In this document: positions 49,105 to 58,486 of the stretch, piece by piece
Numbering within the stretch: the first letter of the stretch is position 1
Layout: each line of letters starts with the position of its first letter
Assembly (NCBI GenBank): GCA_963765675.1
Contig: CAVXXK010000001.1
Span: 704,001 to 768,000 of the forward strand
Origin: an uncultured delta proteobacterium
GTDB taxonomy: Bacteria; Desulfobacterota; Binatia; Binatales; Binataceae
DNA: 64,000 bases
Direction of reading: 5' to 3'
The notes under the pieces: model-generated
Database searches by the model: none
Told to the model about the DNA's origin: nothing
What the model saw: the letters and a program-made list of their open reading frames with translations, nothing else
Made by a program: the position numbers and the translations under genes

Positions 49105-49644
49105 TCAGACTTGACCGGCTAGCCGCTGCTGCGCGAGTGCGAGCCGCGTCGCAAGGCTGCCGTCGTAAATTTTTCCACCGAGTTCGGCCACCACTCCGCC
49201 CAACAGATCCTTATCGACCTTGACGGTCGGAATTATTTTCTTGCCCGCGATTCCTTCGAGCCCCGCGACCACCCGTGCAACCTCAGCGTCGCCGGGCGCG
49301 ACCGCGAAGGTCAGTGTCGCCCGCGCGCGCGAGAGCATCTCGTCAAGCTGATCGCGATACGCCTGGGCGATCGCGGCGATCTCATCAATCCGGCGATGAC
49401 GCGCGATCACCACCGCGAACGAGCGCAGCGGAAAACTTAAGTTCAGCGTCTCAGCGATTTTCGCCATCGCCTCGCGCCGCGCCGTCTCGCTGATTTCCGG
49501 CGAAGTCAGGCGCGCGATCAGCTCGGGCGAATCGACCATCGCGGCCAGCCGATCGAGCTCGTGGCCCCAATTCTCGGCCTGCCCGCGCTCCGCAATTTCC
49601 AGCAGCGCGCGCGCATAGCGCTTGGCGACGCGAGAGCCTTTCAT
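49105..49644 (-). CDS. atpH: ATP synthase delta subunit
   Basis: VAKRYARAL, LLGGVV..GGKIYDGS. Confidence 0.92.
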   Translation of the reverse strand: MKGSRVAKRYARALLEIAERGQAENWGHELDRLAAMVDSPELIARLTSPEISETARREAMAKIAETLNLSFPLRSFAVVIARHRRIDEIAAIAQAYRDQLDEMLSRARATLTFAVAPGDAEVARVVAGLEGIAGKKIIPTVKVDKDLLGGVVAELGGKIYDGSLATRLALAQQRLAGQV

Positions 49645-50225
49645 CGCCGCCCCTCCTGTCCGAGCTTGTCCATGAAGCCTTCGATGAGCCGGCCCTGGTC
49701 GTCGCCGCTGAAGTTGCGCGCGATCGACTCGTGCGCATGCGTAGCCGCCGCCGCGGCGAGCCGTTCGCGCACCCGGCGCTGAGCAGCTTCGGTCATTGCG
49801 GCCGCGGTCATCTGGCTGTCGTGCTTCAGGCGTTCGCTATGCGCCTTCGCAAGCTCGCGTATTCGCGCGAGCTGGTAATTGGTCTGAGCGTCGAATTCGG
49901 CCTCGATCCGTGCGAGCTCCGACTCGAGCGCCGCCTTGCGCGCCTCAGCCGCGCGGGCAAGGGCATCGGCTTCTGCGAGCGCGCTTTCGGCCTTTCCAAG
50001 ACTCGCTCGAATCGACGCGGCGCGGTCGGTGAAGAAGCTGCGCGCCATCGGAACCGCATAGTAGATGAGGATAAACAAAAACGCGACGAAGTTCGCCGCG
50101 AAAAACCCGAGAGTCAGCCACGATCCCTTAGGTTCGGCGCCGGACTCCGCTGCGCGCGCGACCGCGGGCATCAGCGCGCCGGCGGCAAGCACAATCAGAG
50201 AGATCTTATAAAAGGATCGCTTCAT
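49641..50225 (-). CDS. atpF: ATP synthase F0 b subunit
   Basis: Signal-like extension, NF TM helix, coiled coil; operon position. Confidence 0.85.
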   Translation of the reverse strand: MKRSFYKISLIVLAAGALMPAVARAAESGAEPKGSWLTLGFFAANFVAFLFILIYYAVPMARSFFTDRAASIRASLGKAESALAEADALARAAEARKAALESELARIEAEFDAQTNYQLARIRELAKAHSERLKHDSQMTAAAMTEAAQRRVRERLAAAAATHAHESIARNFSGDDQGRLIEGFMDKLGQEGRR

Positions 50226-50240
50226 CTCAGTTGTTCAGGC

Positions 50241-50696
50241 TCAATTATTCGATCCCGGCGCGCCGTCAACCGGACGGCCCAGAATACGCACCGCTAACTC
50301 CGCGCCTAGGTTATGGCTCATCGCTTCGAGCTGCTGTTCGGATTCCTTCAGTTCGCTCTCGAGCTTGACGCGCGCCGCTTCCAGTGCGGCGTGCGCTTCG
50401 GCTTTCGCCGCATCCAGTAATTCCGAGGCTTCGGCCTCTGCCGAGCGGCGATGCGACTCGCGCATCGCGATCGCCTCGCGGCGGATCTCGGCGATGCGTT
50501 TTTCGCGCTCGTCGTCATCGGTGCGCGACTCTCGCAGGAGTTGTTCGGTGCGATCGCTCAAGCTTTGAAACCGCTCTTCCCGTTGCGCCAGAAGATTCAG
50601 GAACGGGCGGAAAAACAACCGGCTGAATATAAACCAGAAAACCAGAAACGACACAATCAGGACGAAAAATGTCCCCCAGTTCGGTGGGATATGCAT
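50241..50696 (-). CDS. ATP synthase F0 b' subunit
   Basis: N-terminal TM, LFFRPFLNLL..RE, ends RILGR. Confidence 0.85.
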   Translation of the reverse strand: MHIPPNWGTFFVLIVSFLVFWFIFSRLFFRPFLNLLAQREERFQSLSDRTEQLLRESRTDDDEREKRIAEIRREAIAMRESHRRSAEAEASELLDAAKAEAHAALEAARVKLESELKESEQQLEAMSHNLGAELAVRILGRPVDGAPGSNN

Positions 50697-50780
50697 TTTA
50701 CGGCGTCTCCCCGGCGGGGCTTCTGAATAGCGATGGCATCGGAGATGACAGGGACGGGCGCTTGCGGCCGGCCGCGAAGA

Positions 50781-51341
50781 TCAGGCCTGCTTCTGCCCTC
50801 CGGCGGCGGCCTGTAGCGGCCGCTCCTCCTTGGGAAAAACGGTAACCTTGCGGTCCTCGCGCACGCCCTCGGGCTGCATCGAGCAGTGCCCCTCGAACTG
50901 CGCGCCTTCATGGACCACCAGAACGGGAGCGCTCAGATTTCCGATCACCTTGGCCGATGGACGAATCTCGATCCGCTGGGTCGCGACGATATCGCCGCTG
51001 ACCTTGCCGCCAACCACCACCGACGCGGCGCGGATTTGCGCCGTGACCGTCGCGCTCTCGCCGATCGCGATACTTTCCTTGGCGGTAATCTCGCCGTCGA
51101 CCTCACCGTCGATTCGCGCCGGACCATCGAACGAAAGCTTGCCACTGACCTTCGAGCCGCGGTCGAGATAGGCTCGTCCTTCCGCCTGCGCTGCTGGACG
51201 CGTTTGCGCTTGCGGAGCAGGCGCAGATGCGGGAGAGGACTGCGCCAGAACAGGATTCTGCGGCGATGGCGATGCCGAGGGCGTCGGTACCGATCCGGGC
51301 TTTGTAGGGGTCTTTTCGGGCTCTTTATTGAATAGCGCCAT
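50781..51341 (-). CDS. Bactofilin (polymer-forming cytoskeletal protein)
   Basis: GSKVSGKLSFDGPARIDGEVDGEI...EGAQFEGHCSM; Pro-rich N-terminus; GAGGAG RBS. Confidence 0.9.
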   Translation of the reverse strand: MALFNKEPEKTPTKPGSVPTPSASPSPQNPVLAQSSPASAPAPQAQTRPAAQAEGRAYLDRGSKVSGKLSFDGPARIDGEVDGEITAKESIAIGESATVTAQIRAASVVVGGKVSGDIVATQRIEIRPSAKVIGNLSAPVLVVHEGAQFEGHCSMQPEGVREDRKVTVFPKEERPLQAAAGGQKQA

Positions 51342-51664
51342 CGCAAACCGCTCCTCGGCGAGAGACAGCTCCCGCCTACAGAAAATATGAGCTTCCGCAT
51401 GGCTAATATCCAATGTAATTGAGGGTGTCAAATTATCGGCGCATCATGGACAAGCACAGATTCAGGCCGCGCGGCTCCGCACGCTCGATAGGCACCTGAA
51501 ATGCCAGCAAAACCGCTCGAATACGGCGTTCACCGGCTCTCGCGATTAGCCTCGCTGCGGTCACGGTTGTAGTTTGGGCGATAACTTCGGAAGCATCCGC
51601 GCCTGATGCCGGAGACTCCCGCCAACTCGCGCAGTCGGCTTCCTGATCAAAGGAGACTCAAATC

Positions 51665-52063
51665 ATGGCGACGATACCGGACAAGTTCCACGACCTTATC
51701 CACGTCAAGAAAACCTTCGCGCACCTGGCCACCGTGATGAAGGACGGCTCTCCTCAAGTGACGCCGGTATGGTTCGATGAGGTTGGCGGAAAGATTCGGA
51801 TCAATACCGCGCGCGGCCGCGTGAAGGATCGCAACCTCAAGCCCGGCGTGCGCGTCGCGCTGTCGATCCTCGACCCTGACGATCCCTATCGCTATGTGCA
51901 GATTCGCGGAACCGTCGTAAGCGAGACCGAGCAGGGCGCGGCCGCTCATATCGATTCGCTGGCGAAGAAGTATCTCGATCGCGACAAGTACCCGTTTCAC
52001 GATCCCGCGCATGCGCGCGTGATCTACGAGATCGAGCCGACCTCGTTCCAAAGCAACCGCTAG
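51665..52063 (+). CDS. PPOX class F420-dependent oxidoreductase family protein
   Basis: LATVMKDGSPQVTPVW, KDRNL, DPYRYVQIRG, LAKKY. Confidence 0.9.
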   Translation: MATIPDKFHDLIHVKKTFAHLATVMKDGSPQVTPVWFDEVGGKIRINTARGRVKDRNLKPGVRVALSILDPDDPYRYVQIRGTVVSETEQGAAAHIDSLAKKYLDRDKYPFHDPAHARVIYEIEPTSFQSNR

Positions 52064-52084
52064 CCGATTGGCTCCGCTGCGAAG

Positions 52085-52279
52085 CTAGATTCGTCCTGGC
52101 GGGGTGCGCTCGATCGTCTCTCCGCAAGTTGAGCCGCACTGCGGGCACAGGTATTCGTACTTGTCGCCCTCCGGCAGGACCAGGAGCAGTCGCTTGCGCA
52201 CCGGTACCGCCCGCTTGCATTTAGGGCACGCGAGCAGGGACGCCTCCATCCGCTCGAACGACGGCCGCCGCTGCTCCAT
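52085..52279 (-). CDS. Small zinc-ribbon protein
   Basis: CPKC...LLLVLPEGDKYEYLCPQCG; start could also be ATG 52291. Confidence 0.7.
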   Translation of the reverse strand: MEQRRPSFERMEASLLACPKCKRAVPVRKRLLLVLPEGDKYEYLCPQCGSTCGETIERTPPGRI

Positions 52280-52388
52280 CGCGGGATACATCCTCCAGGT
52301 ACAAAAATAATTTCCCGCGCCCGATCCGCGCAACCCCTCTGGCGTTGTCTCGCCGCACCCCTGCGGCCTAAGATTTGTCCTCATCGCG

Positions 52389-53714
52389 ATGCAACCGAAT
52401 CCTAAACAGGTGCGGCAGCCGAAAGTCTATCTCGAGACCTACGGATGCCAGATGAATGTCGCCGACTCGCAGACGGTGAGCGCGATCATGCGCCGCGCCG
52501 GGTACGCCAGCGCCGAGCGCCCCGAAGACGCCGACGTGATCCTGCTCAACACCTGCGCGATTCGCGAACACGCCGAGGAGCGCGTGCTCGGGCGCCTGGG
52601 CGCCCTGGCGCGCCTCAAGCGCGCGCGGCCCGAGATCAAGCTCGGGCTCCTTGGATGCATGGCGCAGCATAATCGTGCCGCGATTTCCGAGAAGGCGGCG
52701 TACCTCGATCTGATCGCCGGACCCGACAGCTATCGCCGATTGCCGGAGCTGCTCGCACGCGCGGGCCTCGATCCGGCGGTCGACGTCCGCCTCGATCGTG
52801 CCGAGACGTACGCCGACATCAGCGCCGAACACGACGGCGGCGTGCGCGCCTACGTCACGATCATGCGCGGATGCGACAAGTTCTGCACCTTCTGCGTCGT
52901 GCCTTACGTGCGCGGACGCGAGCGCTCGATCGCTCCCGCCGACCTGATGCGCGAGATTCGCGGCCTCGCCGATCGGGGCGTGAAGGAAATCGTGATGCTT
53001 GGGCAGACGGTCAACGCCTACCGCGTCGGCGATACCGACTTCGCGGCGTTGCTCAAAATGACCGCGCGAATCGACGGGATCGAGCGAATCCGCTTCACCT
53101 CGCCGCATCCAAGCGACATGAGCGACGCCGCTATCGAAGCAATCGCGACCGAACCGAAGGTGATGCCGCACCTGCATCTGCCGGTGCAGTCGGGCTCGGA
53201 CCGCATCCTCGCCGCGATGGATCGCAGTTACACAGTCGATAAATATCTCGCGTTGGTAGCGAAAGTCCGCGCAGCAGTCCCCGGAATAGCGCTTACCACT
53301 GACATAATAGTAGGTTTTCACGGCGAAGACGAAAGCGGTTTCGAAGCGACCCTCGCACTGATGCGCACCGTCCGTTTCGATCAGGCATTCTCATTCAAAT
53401 ACTCAGTCCGCGAGAACACGCGAGCCTATCGCCTCGGCGACACGGTGAGCGACGAAGAGAAAGGCCGCCGTATAGGCGCAGTAATCTCACTTCAAGAAAC
53501 GATCTCGCTAGAGCGTAATCGCGCCACCGTCGGTCGCACCTATCCAGTCCTGATAGAAGGCCCCGCGCGCCGCGGCGAAGGCCTACTGGCCGGCAAAACC
53601 CCCCAATTCAAAACCGCAATCTTCCCCAGCACATACTCAGTCGCGATCGGCGAAACAGTCCCAGTACGAATCGACTCCGCCAACGGCCACACGCTAACCG
53701 GCTCGATCATGTAA
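52389..53714 (+). CDS. miaB: tRNA-i6A37 methylthiotransferase
   Basis: TYGCQMN, NTCAIRE, GCDKFCTFCVVP, HLPVQSGS, TDIIVGF, TRAM domain. Confidence 0.95.
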   Translation: MQPNPKQVRQPKVYLETYGCQMNVADSQTVSAIMRRAGYASAERPEDADVILLNTCAIREHAEERVLGRLGALARLKRARPEIKLGLLGCMAQHNRAAISEKAAYLDLIAGPDSYRRLPELLARAGLDPAVDVRLDRAETYADISAEHDGGVRAYVTIMRGCDKFCTFCVVPYVRGRERSIAPADLMREIRGLADRGVKEIVMLGQTVNAYRVGDTDFAALLKMTARIDGIERIRFTSPHPSDMSDAAIEAIATEPKVMPHLHLPVQSGSDRILAAMDRSYTVDKYLALVAKVRAAVPGIALTTDIIVGFHGEDESGFEATLALMRTVRFDQAFSFKYSVRENTRAYRLGDTVSDEEKGRRIGAVISLQETISLERNRATVGRTYPVLIEGPARRGEGLLAGKTPQFKTAIFPSTYSVAIGETVPVRIDSANGHTLTGSIM

Positions 53715-53777
53715 TGCACGCGCCCTTCTTTGAGGAAGTCGAGTCACAGACGCGATTAATGAATGCACATCTATCAG

Positions 53778-53805
53778 GTCTTGATGTCTTCGTGTCTTTG
53801 TGGCC
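53778..53805 (+). repeat. Single arm of the GTCTTNGT repeat element
   Basis: GTCTTGAT-GTCTTCGT-GTCTTTGT-GGCC, same family as the arms at 35318-35426. Confidence 0.7.
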
Positions 53806-53815
53806 GATTGGATAG

Positions 53816-54181
53816 TCACTGTGGTGAAGCTGCGACAGACGCTGGCTGCGTGGAATGGCTGGCTAGGATTCCGTTTGGATCGAATTTAAGCGTTAGCTTG
53901 TTTTGTACTTGGGTTGCCGCTTGGAGCGAATGAGTATTCGTGGCGACGGGTTCCGGATTCAGCATATAGACTACTGTTCGGCTGCCGTCTTGATCGCCGT
54001 AGTCCTGGTAGGGTTCGCCCATACCGGCGATCACTTGAGCATAGGTAGTCGCTCCGTCTTGCAGAGTGGCTGCGTTCGAGGCGGGATTTTGTTTCGCCGC
54101 GCTACCGCATCCCGCGCAGATCGCGATCAGCGCAGCGAGGATCGAGATTGGAATCAGTCTTCTGGGTATCGCTTTGGCCAT
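53816..54181 (-). CDS. Small lipoprotein (SmpA/BamE-like)
   Basis: Lipobox CAGC; TTYAQVIAGMGEP and LKFDPNGIL. Confidence 0.65.
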   Translation of the reverse strand: MAKAIPRRLIPISILAALIAICAGCGSAAKQNPASNAATLQDGATTYAQVIAGMGEPYQDYGDQDGSRTVVYMLNPEPVATNTHSLQAATQVQNKLTLKFDPNGILASHSTQPASVAASPQ

Positions 54182-54200
54182 CGCAGTTCTCCCCCGCGAA

Positions 54201-55325
54201 TCAGCGGACGTAGACCGGATTCGATATAATCCACAGATGACCGCGGCGCCACGCTTCTACTCGATACGCTCCCGCCGCTTTGGGCGCGTACTCGAGGTCC
54301 ATCGCGTCGTCGGCGGATGCTACCTGCGTGCCGTCTTTGAGCATCACGATTCGGTTGGCGTTGGCCGGTAGCTCGGCTTTTAGCGTGAGACCGGTTTCCA
54401 GATGCACCTCGTCGCCCATCATCGTCCTGGAGTCGCCGGTTTGCGCGAAGAACGCGAACTCGCCGACGTAGCCGAGAATATCGAAGCTCACGTATACGTG
54501 CCCGCGATGCATCGCGTCCATCAGCGCGTCCGCATCGCGCTCGCGCGCGAGCAGATGGGTCGTGTAGAAGAGGAACAACTGCTCGAAGGTGCCGACTTTT
54601 GATCCCATCACGGAGAGATTGTCCGGGGCGCCCATCCCGGCGACCAGCGTCACCCGCGCGCCCGCGGTCATCGTGTCGTACCGCGCGAGATTCGCGTCCG
54701 GACGCGGCGCGAGATCGAGCAAAAAGCGATCGGTCTGGAGGAACATCGCGCGCCAATAGAGCGTCGTCGGACTCGCCGCCGCGAACGAATCATTCTGATT
54801 GTATACTTCCATCGCGTCGGCCAGCGCGTAGTCAGCCGGTGATTTGAATGCGCCCGGATCGGCGGCGATTGCGAGTGCGCCCTGGTCATGGATCGCGCCG
54901 ATCAGCTCGGCCGCCGGCCGCGACGCATCGATTGGCTGGCGCAGATTCAGGCCAACGATCTCTCCACCATCGACCCTGAAGGCTGCGCCGGGGATAAACA
55001 AAATCTGGTTGGTGAAACCGCCGATTCCGTAGTCGCTGACGCCGGAGACCGCCGGATCTGCGATCGTCACGAAATCGATCTGCGCGTTGCGCGCCAGATC
55101 AGCGATCGCAGATTCGTCGAGCCCCGCAGCTTTAATAGGGCAATCGACGATGCCGCGATAGTCGCGCAACTCCGGAAACTCGAGCGCGGGCGCGACCAGC
55201 CGCGTCGGCGGCAACTGCGTAGTGGGCAGAGGCGCGGAGCATCCTGCCGCGGCCACAAGCATGAGCAGGCCAATTCCGATGCTGACGAGGCCCCGCGCGC
55301 CAATACTCAGCGGCGGGGTACTCAC
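54201..55325 (-). CDS. PHP-fold-like lipoprotein lacking His ligands
   Basis: Lipobox AAGC; DYRGIV, IDFV, MEVYN, RGHVYVSFD, YRVEA..WIISNPVY. Confidence 0.6.
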   Translation of the reverse strand: MSTPPLSIGARGLVSIGIGLLMLVAAAGCSAPLPTTQLPPTRLVAPALEFPELRDYRGIVDCPIKAAGLDESAIADLARNAQIDFVTIADPAVSGVSDYGIGGFTNQILFIPGAAFRVDGGEIVGLNLRQPIDASRPAAELIGAIHDQGALAIAADPGAFKSPADYALADAMEVYNQNDSFAAASPTTLYWRAMFLQTDRFLLDLAPRPDANLARYDTMTAGARVTLVAGMGAPDNLSVMGSKVGTFEQLFLFYTTHLLARERDADALMDAMHRGHVYVSFDILGYVGEFAFFAQTGDSRTMMGDEVHLETGLTLKAELPANANRIVMLKDGTQVASADDAMDLEYAPKAAGAYRVEAWRRGHLWIISNPVYVR

Positions 55326-56113
55326 AGGATCGAGCGGCCCTGCGCGCCATCGACGGGGATATTAGCACCTGTGATCCAGCTCGCGCGCGGCGACGCCAGC
55401 ATCGCGACCGCATACGCGACTTCGGCGGCGCTGCCCAGGCGTCCGGCCGGCATCTCGCGCGCGATGAAATCTTTTTCGAATGCAGGACTTTCCTTGAAGC
55501 GCTTTTCCCAGTTTCCCCCCGGCACCATGATCGATCCCGGCGCTATCGTGTTGACGCGGATCTTTTTCGGTGCGAGCTCGCGCGCAAGCAGCTTGGTAAA
55601 CGAATGCAGCGCGGCCTTCGAGGCGTTGTAGGTCAGCGGCCCGCCCGACTCGCGCCCGTATATTGATCCAATATTGATGATCGATCCGCCACCCTGCTTC
55701 TCCATATGCGGCGCGACCATCCGCGCGAGCCGCACTGGGGCGAACAGGTTCAGATCGAATTGCTCCTGCCATGCCGATTCCGGCAGCTCCGCAAGCGCGC
55801 CGGGCCGCGCGGCGCCGGCGTTGTTCACCAGCACGTCTATTCGGCCGCATTCGCGCACGACCGCGGCGATCCATTTTTCCATCTCCGGCGCGCTGGTGAC
55901 GTCGCCCGCGAATCCCGCCGCCTGTTTCGCCCCTGCGCGCTTGCCGATCTCGCCGGCCGCGGCCGACGCCTCGCTCACCGCATTAGGGTCGCGTGCGCAG
56001 ATACTGACGCTCATCCCCTCGGCAGCCAGCGCCTCGGCCATCGCGCGGCCCAGTCCGCGGCTGCCGCCGGTGACCATCGCGACTTTACCCTTGAGTTCCA
56101 AATCCATCGTCAT
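55322..56113 (-). CDS. Short-chain dehydrogenase/reductase
   Basis: TGGSRGLG, NNAG, YNASK. Confidence 0.92.
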   Translation of the reverse strand: MTMDLELKGKVAMVTGGSRGLGRAMAEALAAEGMSVSICARDPNAVSEASAAAGEIGKRAGAKQAAGFAGDVTSAPEMEKWIAAVVRECGRIDVLVNNAGAARPGALAELPESAWQEQFDLNLFAPVRLARMVAPHMEKQGGGSIINIGSIYGRESGGPLTYNASKAALHSFTKLLARELAPKKIRVNTIAPGSIMVPGGNWEKRFKESPAFEKDFIAREMPAGRLGSAAEVAYAVAMLASPRASWITGANIPVDGAQGRSIL

Positions 56114-56330
56114 GCTCCTATGGCCGGCCGATTCGCCTGGTCCCGCCTGCGCGACTGCGTTCAATAATTTGTACCAGAGCCGCCGTCGGCGCCGAACAGC
56201 AGCGAAGGGGGACCATCAACCTGCTTGCGCTTCCCATCCTTATCCCCAGCTTCGACAAAATCTTGTCTTTTGACATAACTCTGCTCTTTGAGTAGAAAAA
56301 TCTGCCAATGAGTACTACAGGAGTACCGGT

Positions 56331-57863
56331 ATGAAGGCTTGGCGACTCTTCGCATCTCTGGCAATCCTGACCTCGTTTACGATCGCAGGTAGCGCGCTCG
56401 CTCAGACTCAGTCCCCATCGATACCGCACTGGGCTCAGGTGGTGCATGAGCAGGCGCTCAAAGTACACAACGTCGGAAATACCACTGTGCCGCCAGGAAT
56501 ATTTCCTCCGGTATTCGACCAGAGCTTTTACAGCCTGGACCCGACCGGTCTGGTCGAGACCTTCAACCTCGCCGCCCCGACGATTACCGGTAACAACGCG
56601 TTCTTTCAGAGTATCGGCAGCAATGGACGCGCCTGTGCAACCTGCCACGAGGCGCGAAGCGGATGGGGCGTGAGCGTCGCGTCGATTCAGGAGCGCTTCG
56701 CCGCAAACGCCGGCACCGACCCGATCTTCCGCGTGATCGACGGCGCCACCTGCGATACTGATGACGTAAGTACGCTTGCCGCGCGCCGATCGGCCTATAG
56801 CCTGCTCCTGTCGCAGGGCCTAATCCGGATTTTCCTGCCGCTGCCGAATACTCAACTCGGCTCCGATCCGCCGGTAGCACCCGACTTCGCAATCACTTCG
56901 GTCGATGATCCTTACGGATGCACCGATCTGTCGGCTTCACCGCCGATGGTGTCGGTGTACCGGCGCCCGCTTCCGTCGGCCAACCTGCGCTTTTTGACCG
57001 AATGCGCCGCCGATGACCCAGGATGCGCTCCGCTGTCAATCATGTGGGACGGCAGAGAGCCGAGCCTCGCGAGCCAGGCGACCGACGCGACTTTGGGCCA
57101 TGCGCAGGCGGTGAATCCTCCGACTACCGCGCAACTCACGCAGATCGTCAATTTCGAATCGCAGATTTATGACGCGCAGGCCTTGGATTTCTCGGCCCTG
57201 TTGCTCAATTCAGGAGGGGCGACCGGCGGCCCGGCCGCGCTCTCGCAGCAGAATTTCTTCATCGGCATCAACGACGCGCTCAGCCCCGGCTTCGACGACG
57301 TTGTATTTACGCTTTACGGCGCATGGGCAAGTCTGCACGGCAATAGCTTCATCGATCAGGCGCGGGAATCGATCGCGCGCGGCGAGACGATCTTCAACAC
57401 TCGGCAGTTTACGATCAGCGGGGTTAACGGCCTGAACGAATTTCCTTCCGACCCGCTCGGCGCCAACCCGCTCACGGGCACCTGCACGACCTGCCACGAT
57501 TCGCCCAATGTCGGCAATCATTCGTTGAAGCTCGCGCTGAATATTGGCGTCGCCGACGCAAGTCCTCCAGTGTTGAACGTATCCCAGCTTCCCGTCTTCA
57601 CCGTGCAGTGCACCTCGGGTCCGCTGATGGGCCAGACCTTCACCGTGACCGATCTCGGACGCGCAACGATCACCGGGAAATGCGCCGACGTCGGTAAGGT
57701 GAAAGGACCAATCCTGCACGCACTCTCGGCGCGCGCACCGTATTTCCATAACGGGTCGGCGGCGTCGCTCTCGGATGTGGTCAACTTCTACGACCAGCGC
57801 TTCAGCATCGGCCTCTCCAATCAGGACAAGACTGATTTGATCGCGTTCCTGCAGGCGCTCTGA
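56331..57863 (+). CDS. Secreted di-heme cytochrome c (peroxidase/MauG-like fold)
   Basis: Signal peptide, CATCH and CTTCH, MWDGR, APYFHNGS, DLIAFL. Confidence 0.85.
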   Translation: MKAWRLFASLAILTSFTIAGSALAQTQSPSIPHWAQVVHEQALKVHNVGNTTVPPGIFPPVFDQSFYSLDPTGLVETFNLAAPTITGNNAFFQSIGSNGRACATCHEARSGWGVSVASIQERFAANAGTDPIFRVIDGATCDTDDVSTLAARRSAYSLLLSQGLIRIFLPLPNTQLGSDPPVAPDFAITSVDDPYGCTDLSASPPMVSVYRRPLPSANLRFLTECAADDPGCAPLSIMWDGREPSLASQATDATLGHAQAVNPPTTAQLTQIVNFESQIYDAQALDFSALLLNSGGATGGPAALSQQNFFIGINDALSPGFDDVVFTLYGAWASLHGNSFIDQARESIARGETIFNTRQFTISGVNGLNEFPSDPLGANPLTGTCTTCHDSPNVGNHSLKLALNIGVADASPPVLNVSQLPVFTVQCTSGPLMGQTFTVTDLGRATITGKCADVGKVKGPILHALSARAPYFHNGSAASLSDVVNFYDQRFSIGLSNQDKTDLIAFLQAL

Positions 57864-57877
57864 GTTCTTTGGCTCCC

Positions 57878-57916
57878 AGGATCGCGGGGTCAAATATGGC
57901 CCCGCGATCCTTTTTT
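57878..57916 (+). terminator. Intrinsic terminator
   Basis: AGGATCGCGGGGTCA..TGGCCCCGCGATCCTTTTTT. Confidence 0.85.
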
Positions 57917-57989
57917 CCCAGATTCTTATCTCCAGATTTTTCCGCGATGATCTGATTTGAACTGGTGCCCGTCAGCACCTCGTCGCCCG

Positions 57990-58018
57990 TTGACTCTCCT
58001 TGTCGCGGGACCTAATCT
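57990..58018 (+). promoter_or_regulatory. sigma70 promoter of rpsU
   Basis: TTGACT-N17-TAATCT. Confidence 0.65.
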
Positions 58019-58051
58019 CGATAGGCTGAATTGCGGACGTTAAGGAGAACT

Positions 58052-58249
58052 ATGGAAATTCGAGTTGAAGGCTCCCTCGATCAGGCGATGCGCGTGCTCA
58101 AGCGCAAGCTGGCCAAGGAGGGGGTGTTCAAGGAAATGAAGAAGCGTGCGTTCTACGAGAAGCCCAGCGTCCGCCGCAAGCGCAAGCGTTCAGAAGCCCA
58201 GCGCCGCCGCCGCAAAGAACAGCGTCGTCGGCGAGCGTCTGCCCTTTAA
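58052..58249 (+). CDS. rpsU: 30S ribosomal protein S21
   Basis: AAGGAG RBS; LDQAMRVLKRK, FYEKPSVRRKRK. Confidence 0.95.
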   Translation: MEIRVEGSLDQAMRVLKRKLAKEGVFKEMKKRAFYEKPSVRRKRKRSEAQRRRRKEQRRRRASAL

Positions 58250-58278
58250 TCTTCCCGCGAAATACTTCCCGGATCATC

Positions 58279-58318
58279 CTGACGGCGCGGTCCTCGAACT
58301 GACCGCGCGGTCCTCGAA
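58279..58318. repeat. 20-bp tandem repeat
   Basis: CTGACGGCGCGGTCCTCGAA / CTGACCGCGCGGTCCTCGAA. Confidence 0.75.
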
Positions 58319-58423
58319 AGTCGGCTACCTCGATCGTCGACCTGCAGGGGATTTTCGCGCCGTGATGCGGGCATTTCCGGAATTCTAATCGCGCGGCCAA
58401 CGGATGGCCGCACTGAATTTGGA

Positions 58424-58457
58424 CCCTCACCTAACCTCTCCCATACTGGGCGAGGGA
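58424..58457. repeat. REP-like palindrome (CCCTCACC..CCTCTCCC..GGG..AGGG class)
   Basis: CCCTCACCTAACCTCTCCCATACTGGGCGAGGGA between convergent genes. Confidence 0.6.
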
Positions 58458-58486
58458 TCAGACATCAGACGAGATGCGCGGGGCTA

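Noticed and set aside
51491-51506. Possible sigma54 site (TGGCAT-N5-GTGC, minus strand) upstream of bactofilin
   Set aside because: Imperfect -12 box, and a TTGACA sigma70-like promoter lies closer to the gene; too weak to call
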